Shown one piece after another: positions 1 through 7,681 of a DNA stretch of 64,000 bases (position 1 is its first letter; each line of letters starts with the position of its first letter). The DNA is from Fibrobacteria bacterium (GTDB lineage Bacteria; Fibrobacterota; Fibrobacteria; UBA11236): contig DATENA010000068.1 of the NCBI GenBank assembly GCA_035275285.1, forward strand, positions 303-64,302. The letters are read 5' to 3'. The notes under the pieces are model-generated. The model searched no databases. It was given only the letters and a program-made list of their open reading frames with translations, and was not told where the DNA came from. The translations under genes were made by a program, and so were the position numbers.

Positions 1-285
1 GGCTTCTTCAACGAGGTCATCAAAGGCCGCCGCCGCCTCAGTCCGGCCGCGGCCGCCAAGATGGCCATGGGCCTGGACCTTTCGGGAGAGGAATCCGAAT
101 ACTTCCAGGCCCTGGTGGAATATGCGGAAACCCGTGAACCCCGGGCCAAGCTGGCGGCGGGCGATCGCCTGGCGGCCCTCCGCAACCGGAAGCCCATGGA
201 GGCGCCGGATAAGAGCGGGGAACCCGGGCAGGCCGCGCGCCAGGTTCCTCCCGGGAATCCGTCTTCCTTCACGGACCATTTTTAG
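1..285 (+). CDS. TIGR02147-family HTH protein, 5'-partial and apparently C-terminally truncated
   Basis: Frame is open from base 1 (GFFNEVIKGRRRLSPAAAAKMAMGLDLSGEESEYFQALV). It aligns with the N-terminal HTH of the intact paralogue at 18330 and stops at 285. Confidence 0.7.
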   Translation, partial: GFFNEVIKGRRRLSPAAAAKMAMGLDLSGEESEYFQALVEYAETREPRAKLAAGDRLAALRNRKPMEAPDKSGEPGQAARQVPPGNPSSFTDHF

Positions 286-494
286 CAGGGGCCGGCTTCA
301 AGGGAAGGACGAGAGCGCATACGCGCCCTTCCCCTCCGCGGAAACCTCCCAGCGTGCCGAATAGCAGGTGATGTGGGGGTTGGCCGCCGGCCCTAGGGTA
401 TCCTGCACGTTACCGGATCCGATCCAGGGATTCCCGCCCCGGGCGCCGATTCCGCGTCCCCCCGGGGCGATCCGGTTCCGGGATCCCGGCGGAG

Positions 495-917
495 CTACTC
501 CGCGAAATTCACCATGGTCATCTTCGCCCAGGAGGATCCCAGGCGGGAAACCGCGTCCAGGCTTTGCAGCAATTGGTTTTTCGAGAAGGGCTTGGCGAGA
601 TAATCCGCGTGCGGCGGCAGCAGGCCGTGGCCGGTAAGCAGCTTCAGCGGATAGCCGGACATGAACAGGACCTTCATGGCCGGCTGCAAGCCGACGAGCC
701 GGTTCGCCAGATCGCGGCCTTGGAAGGGCGGCAGGATGATATCGGTAAGAAGGATATCGATTTCGGAGAAAGGAGCGGAAGCGAGCTCCACCGCCTCCTG
801 GAAGCCGGAAGCGGCCATGCATCGGTATTCCGTGCCGGACAGCTGTTCCTCGAGGAGCTTCCGGATGTCCGCATCATCATCCACCGCCAGAAGATTTTTT
901 TGCGCCAATAGTACCAC
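495..917 (-). CDS. Single-domain response regulator (receiver only)
   Basis: Receiver motifs AVDDD, LLTDIILP (phospho-Asp), VLFMSGY, LAKPF. Probable GTG start at 917 after a purine-rich RBS; the ORF track extends to 971. Confidence 0.9.
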   Translation of the reverse strand: MVLLAQKNLLAVDDDADIRKLLEEQLSGTEYRCMAASGFQEAVELASAPFSEIDILLTDIILPPFQGRDLANRLVGLQPAMKVLFMSGYPLKLLTGHGLLPPHADYLAKPFSKNQLLQSLDAVSRLGSSWAKMTMVNFAE

Positions 918-1116
918 GGTATTATCCCCCCTAGACGGGAAATAAATTTTGCAGCGTAGAGATGGGAACATTTTCCGGTGGCACTAATCCCTTCTCGCGC
1001 TTCCAATACTCCGCAACCGGCCGGAAGGGGCGCCATCCGACCGTCCGGGAGCAGGGGCCCTGCCGAAAGGCCGCGGCAGGGTTCCCTCGCCTTCCGGAAA
1101 TCCAAGAGAGGAATAC

Positions 1117-1509
1117 ATGGACAAGATCCTAAGCGCCGCGGGCGCCAAAAGCATTTCCATCCTGTACACGGACGGCGAAGCCAAGCAGCTGGCCGATTTC
1201 GTCAAGTGGGATCTCGAGTGGCTGCTTGAAATCAAGATCGCGACCGCAGAGATGGCTCCCGTGGGGACGGCCCCGCCCGGCGTCAGCCAGGTCGTCGTCA
1301 CCATCCTGCTTACCCCGTTCATGAAAACCGCGTGGAAGGCCGTCATCCATTCCATGAAAAGGGGTTTGTCGAAGCACGCCGGGTCCGGCGTGGGAGGCCG
1401 CCTGATCCTGAGGGATCTCTCGGGCGCGATGCAGGCCAGCTTCCTTTTCCAGGGGTTCTCCGACATGGTGGGGATAAGCGATTCCATCAAAACGATGCTC
1501 ACCGCATAG
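1117..1509 (+). CDS. Hypothetical protein (130 aa)
   Basis: RBS-like AGAGGA before the ATG, coding-like composition, no family recognised. Confidence 0.65.
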   Translation: MDKILSAAGAKSISILYTDGEAKQLADFVKWDLEWLLEIKIATAEMAPVGTAPPGVSQVVVTILLTPFMKTAWKAVIHSMKRGLSKHAGSGVGGRLILRDLSGAMQASFLFQGFSDMVGISDSIKTMLTA

Positions 1510-1747
1510 GCCGGAAAAGAATTCCGATAAAATGCTATTGTGCAAAGCGTCACGAATATATTTTTGTCTTGATTTTAGCCGGAGCCCCGGGAATCCGCTA
1601 TTTCCGGGCCTTCGGCCGGGGATCCTGGGGATCCGCCCGACCGTCCCGATGCGCACTTCGCGCACGGGATCAGGCCGTTCGTCCGCAAAGCCCTCCGAAG
1701 GGGTTTTTCGCCGTGTAAATTTCACGGCCACAACCTCTGGGGGCACC

Positions 1748-2671
1748 ATGGTCCGGATAGCGGCTTGGAATGCAGGGAAACTTTATGCCGACCTATACCG
1801 TCGGCACCGGGCGCAGGTGTACAGGCAGTGCCTGTCCCTGGTCCGGGATCAAGAGGAGGCTTCGCAATTATGCCAGGATGTATTCCTGAACGCCATCCGG
1901 AGCTGGTCCGGGTTCGCGGGGCGTTGCCAGCCGTCCACTTGGCTCATTTCCATCGCCCGCAATGCCTGCCTGCAGCATTTGCGGAGGAAAAAGCTGTACG
2001 CGGCGCGCCTGCAATTGCTTCCCTACCAGGCGACCGGCATGTCCCAGGGCTGCGGCCTTTCCCTGGAGGAAAAGGTCCTCACCGCAGTGCAACTGGGCAG
2101 GACCATGGCCGCTGCGACCCCGGCCACGCGCAGGATCCTCTGGCTCTACTACAAAGAAGGGCTCACCCAACTCGAAATCGCGTCCGTGATGGGCTTGTCC
2201 CGCTCCGCCGTCGGCAAGGTGCTGGCGAAGGTGAACTCCGAATGGTCGCGGGCGCGCCGAAAAGGGCGTCCGGGGAAAGGAACGTCTTTTCCACGTGATC
2301 CTGAACCTCCAGCCGGCGATACAAGATGTCAGGGAGGCCCTTTTCCAGGGGCAATTCCAATTCGCGGAATCGATCCTCAAGCGGCTTTTCGAGGGAACGG
2401 AAAGCGCCAGGGAGATAACGGCCAGGCAACTCGAGAAGGCCGCCCGCGATCGCTGGAAGAAATTCCACCCCTGGCACCTCCACACGGCGGTGGATCCTTT
2501 CCTGGCCTTCCTGCACGCCCATCCGGAAGCGATCCCGGAGACGAGCGTCCAGGGGAGCCGGTTGCAAATCCTGGCGCAAGCGGTGATCCAGAACGGATCG
2601 GAAGGGTCCGATGGGCTGATCCCTTTGCGGGAAGTGGTGGAGGATCTGTACGACGGTTTCCTCAGCGATGA
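1748..2671 (+). CDS. ECF sigma-70 family RNA polymerase sigma factor (true end possibly 2298)
   Basis: Region 2 (LYRRHRAQVYRQC...QDVFLNAIRSWSGFAGRCQPSTWLISIARN) and region 4 (LYYKEGLTQLEIASVMGLSRSAVGKVL). As written, the frame runs 377 nt into the next gene. Confidence 0.85.
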   Translation: MVRIAAWNAGKLYADLYRRHRAQVYRQCLSLVRDQEEASQLCQDVFLNAIRSWSGFAGRCQPSTWLISIARNACLQHLRRKKLYAARLQLLPYQATGMSQGCGLSLEEKVLTAVQLGRTMAAATPATRRILWLYYKEGLTQLEIASVMGLSRSAVGKVLAKVNSEWSRARRKGRPGKGTSFPRDPEPPAGDTRCQGGPFPGAIPIRGIDPQAAFRGNGKRQGDNGQATREGRPRSLEEIPPLAPPHGGGSFPGLPARPSGSDPGDERPGEPVANPGASGDPERIGRVRWADPFAGSGGGSVRRFPQR

Positions 2672-3767
2672 TTTCCGGGAACGGATCAAAGGCCCGATGC
2701 GCGGCAGCGGCTTGATGCCGCCGCTGGTGGAATGGACTTTGGCCCCGGATATGCGCCCGTTCACCTTGGACGAAAGGCGGCTGAAGAAGCTGGGCGTCCA
2801 TTGCGGCGTCATCGGCATGCCGAGGTCTTTCTCGCGGGGCGGGCTCCTGGTATGGGCCTCCCTGGCGCATGAAGTGTGCGGGCATGCGGTGCTGAACGCG
2901 TACCCCGGGGCGCTGGATCCCGTCCGCGCGGAAGTGAACGCCGCCCTGAAGCGGAGGTTCGCCGCGGGTCCCGCCGCCCAGCTTCCCGAATATTGGGACC
3001 GGTGCTTCGAAGAGGCGGCCGCGGACTGCCTGGGAATATTGCGGCTGGGACCGGCCATGGCCGTGGGGTTCATCGGCGCCTTCCGGAGCGGGCGCGCTTT
3101 CCTGGCGGAAAGGAACGGCGCCGCGTCGCTCTCGCCCGGGCTGGGCCGGGAGGATTACGATCGCCACCACCCTTCGGACCTGTTCCGGGCCTTGTTGATG
3201 ACTTCCCTGTGCGGCCGCCTGGCCTTCCGGAAAAGGCAGGAATGGAAAAGGATCCTCATGGCGGAGATCGCCAAGGACTTCGGACCGGCCGCGCCGGGCG
3301 GCATCCCTTGGGAGGACGTCCGGGAGTCGACGGAAATATTCGCCGGATCGTTCCTGGATACGCCCATGGAAAGCTTCTCCGGGCTCTCCATGGGCCGCCT
3401 GCGCAATTGGAGCGACTGGGACGAAGCGACCGCGGCCGCAACGCAGTCCCTGATCGCGATGGAACGGAGGGAAGCCTCCGCCCAGCGGCCCACCGGCCTC
3501 CACGCCACCCACGCGCTCGCCGCCGCCATCCTCCTGGCGGCCTCCGACGGGAACCGGATCCGGATCCCCGTCCTGTTCCGCAGGCTGATGAGCCTGCTCA
3601 AATCCATCCACGCCGAGAAACGGCCGGCCCCGTCGCCCATCGTCCCGGTGCGCGCGCGGCTCAAGCCGGAAAGGAGCGGACCATGTAGCACCCGAACGGA
3701 CCCAAACCGGAAGAAAAACGGAAAAAGACACCGACATCATTCATCATGTAGGCAAATCAAGGAGTAA
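2295..3767 (+). CDS. Uncharacterised zincin-like protein with HExxGH motif (putative metallopeptidase/hydrolase)
   Basis: HEVCGH at 2868-2885 and EEAAAD at 3009-3026; GTG start. Activity is inferred from the motifs only. Confidence 0.7.
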   Translation: MILNLQPAIQDVREALFQGQFQFAESILKRLFEGTESAREITARQLEKAARDRWKKFHPWHLHTAVDPFLAFLHAHPEAIPETSVQGSRLQILAQAVIQNGSEGSDGLIPLREVVEDLYDGFLSDDFRERIKGPMRGSGLMPPLVEWTLAPDMRPFTLDERRLKKLGVHCGVIGMPRSFSRGGLLVWASLAHEVCGHAVLNAYPGALDPVRAEVNAALKRRFAAGPAAQLPEYWDRCFEEAAADCLGILRLGPAMAVGFIGAFRSGRAFLAERNGAASLSPGLGREDYDRHHPSDLFRALLMTSLCGRLAFRKRQEWKRILMAEIAKDFGPAAPGGIPWEDVRESTEIFAGSFLDTPMESFSGLSMGRLRNWSDWDEATAAATQSLIAMERREASAQRPTGLHATHALAAAILLAASDGNRIRIPVLFRRLMSLLKSIHAEKRPAPSPIVPVRARLKPERSGPCSTRTDPNRKKNGKRHRHHSSCRQIKE

Positions 3768-3772
3768 GCATC

Positions 3773-3994
3773 ATGTCCAAGCTCATCTCATTCGCGAACG
3801 ACATCTTGAACTCGGAATCCCTCCAGAAGGATTTCATGCAGGACCCGGAACAGGTCATGAAGGCCCGCGGGCTCTCGGGCGAACAGATCGCCATGCTCAA
3901 GGATAGGAAGAAGACGAACGCCATCAAGGCGATCACCGAAGAGCTCAATTCCTATGAAAAGGTGCTGAAGAACACCCATCGGAATTCCTGGTAG
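3773..3994 (+). CDS. 73-aa peptide with LigA-like/borosin-binding-domain leader and C-terminal Trp; putative RiPP precursor
   Basis: Strong AAGGAG RBS at 3759-3764. Leader pattern F..D....DFMQDPEQVMKARGLSGEQI; short tail ending NSW. The ORF is well supported; the precursor role is inference. Confidence 0.75.
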   Translation: MSKLISFANDILNSESLQKDFMQDPEQVMKARGLSGEQIAMLKDRKKTNAIKAITEELNSYEKVLKNTHRNSW

Positions 3995-4044
3995 GCCCGG
4001 ACCCGGGACCTCCTTCAACTCGAACCCCGGCGGAGACGGACACC

Positions 4045-5103
4045 ATGCGCATGCCCTGGCCGATTGAAAACACTTTCGAACTGCTGCGGGCGGACGCGCC
4101 GGACGAACTCACGCCGGGCGATTCCCTGGCCCGGATGCAAGCCCATCTGAAACGGCTTCCTCCGGGCTCTTCTTCCTATTTCCTGGAATGCAGGCTCGCC
4201 AAGGACGACGACCGGGTCGATTTCGGCGCCTGCTTCCGGTCGCCGCTGGATTCCGCCACCGCCCCGGCCGGAAAGCCGGGCTTCGCGGCGCCTTCCGGGA
4301 ACCGCCCCGAGGACAAGGCCTGGGAGCCCGTGAACCGGGCCTTCTCCCTGTGGGCCTCCCGGACCTCCGGACTGCGGAACCGCGTCCCCTACATCTGGAT
4401 TGAAATGGACCAGGCCGGCCCGCAGCCGGGGGCCGCCGTCCCCGGCTTCCTGTTCTGCGTCGACCCCTCCCTGGCCCGCGTCCCGGAACGTTTCCAAGCC
4501 GGACCGGACGGCCGAAAGGACTTGCTCGCCATCGCCCGGGAAATCGAAAAGGCGCTGTTCGGATCCGGACTCCCGGCCGGGTGCGGCAAGACGTTATGGG
4601 ACTGCCTGACCGCGCTGCCGGCCGAAGGCCGCATCCTGCACATCTCGGCGATGCCGTCCCGGTCTCCGGCCGCCCTCAAACTGAACATCTGCATGCCCAA
4701 GAAAGCTTTGTTCGGGTTCCTGAGGCGCATCCGCTGGCCCGGATCCCCCGCGGAGCTGGAAAAACTTTGGGAGGCGTTCCATCCGTTCATGAGCTGCGCC
4801 AAGATCGATCTGGAAATCAGCGCCGGCGTGTCCCCGCGCCTCGGCTTGGAACTGCATCCCTACAATACGCCGAGAACGGCGCGGAAAGCGGCCCTCCTGC
4901 GCCTGGCCCGCTCCGGAAGCGCCCAGCCCCGCAAGGCCCGCGCCCTGGCGGCCTGGTGCGGCAACGTCACGCGCATGTTTCCCGGGCATCGCTGGCCCAC
5001 GCACATGGTCAAGGAATTCGGGCTCAAGCTCGTATTCGCGGAAACGCGGCCCCTGCAGGCCAAGGGGTACCTGGGGTATTATCCGATCTTCTCCCTGCGC
5101 TGA
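4045..5103 (+). CDS. Putative PT-barrel (ABBA-type) aromatic/peptide prenyltransferase-like protein
   Basis: Motif order FLECRL..VDF, WIEMD, ISAMPSR, RWPGS, KIDLEI...PRLGLE, KLVF...AKGYL matches an uncharacterised family that I associate with the PT-barrel fold. Not confirmed by search. Confidence 0.5.
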   Translation: MRMPWPIENTFELLRADAPDELTPGDSLARMQAHLKRLPPGSSSYFLECRLAKDDDRVDFGACFRSPLDSATAPAGKPGFAAPSGNRPEDKAWEPVNRAFSLWASRTSGLRNRVPYIWIEMDQAGPQPGAAVPGFLFCVDPSLARVPERFQAGPDGRKDLLAIAREIEKALFGSGLPAGCGKTLWDCLTALPAEGRILHISAMPSRSPAALKLNICMPKKALFGFLRRIRWPGSPAELEKLWEAFHPFMSCAKIDLEISAGVSPRLGLELHPYNTPRTARKAALLRLARSGSAQPRKARALAAWCGNVTRMFPGHRWPTHMVKEFGLKLVFAETRPLQAKGYLGYYPIFSLR

Positions 5104-5113
5104 TGCGCCTGCC

Positions 5114-5134
5114 GCCTTTCCCGATCGGAAAGGC
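5114..5134 (+). promoter_or_regulatory. Intra-operon stem-loop (possible mRNA stabiliser or attenuator)
   Basis: GCCTTTCC-CGATC-GGAAAGGC is a perfect 8-bp stem; there is no long U tract. Confidence 0.4.
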
Positions 5135-5164
5135 TTCCCTCCCGAAACGAAAGGAATCATAGAC

Positions 5165-7681
5165 ATGATCGACAATAGAGCCTTGGATCCGACGCCGGAA
5201 TGCTTCGAAGCCTGGTTGATGGGCACCAAAGGCGAGAACGCCGAGGAGCTCGAGAACCTGGTCGTGGAGGCCGTACGGGACACGGCGTATTGGAGGCGGC
5301 ACGTTTTCCCCATGGATCCGCGGCATATCACCGAGGAAATGAAGGAATCCCCGGAATTCAAGCGCTCGGTGGTCAGGCTGAGACAGGAATTCCAATCCCT
5401 TCTATCCTATCTGAAGCGATCCGTGCCCGCCTTCAGCATGAGATATCAGGCCCATATGGGCTGGGATCTGCTCCTGCCGGGCATGCTGGGATATTTCGCG
5501 GGGATGTTACATGGATCAAACAACGTCGCGTACGAAGGGGCGCCCGCGACCACGGTGCTGGAATCCATCGCCGCCCAGGACCTGTGCCGGATGCTCGGGT
5601 TCCGGCCCGCGGACGGCTTGCGCCCCTGGGCCCATTTCACCGGAGGCGGGACCCTGTCCAACATCGAGGGGCTTTGGGCGGCCAGGAACGTGAAATTCCT
5701 ACCTTTTGCCGTCAAGGAAACGTTGCAAGCCTTCGAACGGGAATTCCGCGCGAGCGGCGACGTCCACGGACTTGAGAACATGGCCGAAGCCTTGCGTCTG
5801 GAAGTAGCCTGCCGGCGGCCGGGAGAATTCCGGACCAAGAGCGTCCCCTTCGGCGTACTGACCGCTTGGGAGCTTCTCAATATGGGAGTGGATGAAGCCT
5901 TGGCGCTTCCCGCGAGGGTGGGAGCGATCCTGGACGAAGACCCGGCGGGTCCGGTCCGGGAGCGGTTCGATTCGGCCCTGATAGCCAACGATCTGAACTC
6001 CCGGGGGCTGCGCGCCTTTCCCGCGCCCGGCACGGACGGCATAGGGGGCGCGCCGGTAGTGCTCGCCGCCGGCACGCGCCACTTTTCCATCGAAAAGGCC
6101 GCCTGCCTGCTGGGCATGGGGCAGGAGAACGTGCGCAACGTCTTCGTGGACGAATCCGCCCGCATGGACATGGGGCACCTGGACGGGATCCTGGCCGACT
6201 GCCTGGAACGGCGGATCCCGGTGCTGGCCGTGGTGGCGACCCTGGGGACCACGGAAGAAGGCGCGGTGGATCCCCTCAGCGACATCGTGCAGTTGCGGGA
6301 CAAGTACCGCATGCTGGGCCTGGACTTCGCCCTGCACGTGGACGCGGCCTGGGGAGGCTATCATGCCAGCATCCTGCGCGAGGACTTCCCGATGGACGAC
6401 GTGCTCTTCGTGGTGCCCGCCCAGGAGGACGCGCCCGGCGCGGCCAAGCCCAACCTGCAGGATACCTTGGGCGGGGCCAGGGAGGCGGGCACCCCTTCCC
6501 TGGGCCTTTCCCGCTACGCGCGGCTCCAATACGGCGCCCTGCCCCACGCCGATACCGTCACGGTCGATCCCCACAAGCAGGGCCATATCCCGTTCCCCGC
6601 CGGGGCCATCTGCTACCGCAATTCCGCCCTGAGGAACCTGGTGCGCTTCGGAGCGCCTTACCTGGGCGCCCTCGTGCCGCAAGCCATCCGCCAGGCGGAC
6701 GGCGCCACCGATCCCTTCATGGGCATCTACGGCGTGGAAGGCTCCCGGCCCGGCGCCGCAGCGGCCTCGGTGTTCCTGACCCACCGGCTGGTCAGGCCCA
6801 GCAAGAGCGGATACGGCCGCCTGATCGGCATGGAGATGTTCAATTGCAAGAAGGTATTCGCGTTGATCTCGCGCTTGAACCCGGGCGGCGAGGACTGGAT
6901 CGCGGTGACGCTCGCCGGCGCGGCGGGCCGGGAGGAGGCCTGCCTGCGGGCCGACGCCCTGGGGAACGCGGAAGCCGGCCGGGACCCGGAACTGCTGACG
7001 GCCATGGAAGAGATGGGCCCGGACCTGAACATCCTGGCCTACCTCTTCAACTTCAAGGCCGCGAACCGGTTCAACCAGGACCTGGGCCTGCTGGCGGCCT
7101 TCAACCAGGCCATTTACGACAAGATCCGCCTGCGTCCGGAAAGGGAATACGCGGAGCACAAGCTTATCGTCAGCCAGACGCTCCTGCTGGGGAGGAACTA
7201 CGGTCCACGCTTCCTGAACGGCATGCTCGCGCGCCTCAACCTGGGACTGCGGGCCAACCCGGAGAATTGCGGGCATATCAACCTCTTCGCCCTCCGTTCC
7301 ACCGTGGCCAATCCCTGGCTCACGGATACCGTGGAAGGCTCTTTCCTGCCGCATTTCCGGGAGGAACTGCGGGCGGCCGTCCGGCAGGGACTGGAAGAGG
7401 TCCTGATCATACGCAACGTGATGGAGGAGCTCAAGCGGGAACGCAGTCCTTTGCTGGGGGACCCGATGCTGCCGATCCGGCTCGTTCCCTTCGCGCCGGA
7501 CCTGCTGAGGGGAAAGCTCCCGGAGGAATTCGTCCCTCCCGGAGCGGAAGGGGAAGGCTTGCGCGCCGAAGAGCCGTGCACGCACATGGTCCGGACCCTG
7601 CTGCGCCGGGGCCGTGGCGCGCAGGCGGAGGATCTCCCCGGGGAAGCCCTCAGGAAGTTCAACGAGGTCCAGGCCCGATGA
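5165..7681 (+). CDS. Group II PLP-dependent amino-acid decarboxylase, tyrosine decarboxylase-like
   Basis: TyrDC-type N-terminus (LMGTKGENAE...AYWRR), NNVAYEGAPAT, GGTLSNIEGLWAARN, HVDAAWGGY, PLP-lysine motif VTVDPHKQG, GVEGSRPGA. Confidence 0.9.
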   Translation: MIDNRALDPTPECFEAWLMGTKGENAEELENLVVEAVRDTAYWRRHVFPMDPRHITEEMKESPEFKRSVVRLRQEFQSLLSYLKRSVPAFSMRYQAHMGWDLLLPGMLGYFAGMLHGSNNVAYEGAPATTVLESIAAQDLCRMLGFRPADGLRPWAHFTGGGTLSNIEGLWAARNVKFLPFAVKETLQAFEREFRASGDVHGLENMAEALRLEVACRRPGEFRTKSVPFGVLTAWELLNMGVDEALALPARVGAILDEDPAGPVRERFDSALIANDLNSRGLRAFPAPGTDGIGGAPVVLAAGTRHFSIEKAACLLGMGQENVRNVFVDESARMDMGHLDGILADCLERRIPVLAVVATLGTTEEGAVDPLSDIVQLRDKYRMLGLDFALHVDAAWGGYHASILREDFPMDDVLFVVPAQEDAPGAAKPNLQDTLGGAREAGTPSLGLSRYARLQYGALPHADTVTVDPHKQGHIPFPAGAICYRNSALRNLVRFGAPYLGALVPQAIRQADGATDPFMGIYGVEGSRPGAAAASVFLTHRLVRPSKSGYGRLIGMEMFNCKKVFALISRLNPGGEDWIAVTLAGAAGREEACLRADALGNAEAGRDPELLTAMEEMGPDLNILAYLFNFKAANRFNQDLGLLAAFNQAIYDKIRLRPEREYAEHKLIVSQTLLLGRNYGPRFLNGMLARLNLGLRANPENCGHINLFALRSTVANPWLTDTVEGSFLPHFREELRAAVRQGLEEVLIIRNVMEELKRERSPLLGDPMLPIRLVPFAPDLLRGKLPEEFVPPGAEGEGLRAEEPCTHMVRTLLRRGRGAQAEDLPGEALRKFNEVQAR

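Noticed and set aside
286-494. GATCC-rich intergenic stretch as an ncRNA or REP element
   Set aside because: No consistent repeat unit or recognisable RNA family; probably convergent-gene spacer sequence.
6844-7677. N-terminal 278 aa of the 1944-aa ORF
   Set aside because: Overlaps the decarboxylase in another frame and is low complexity. The ATGA-coupled start at 7678 begins the kinase fold.
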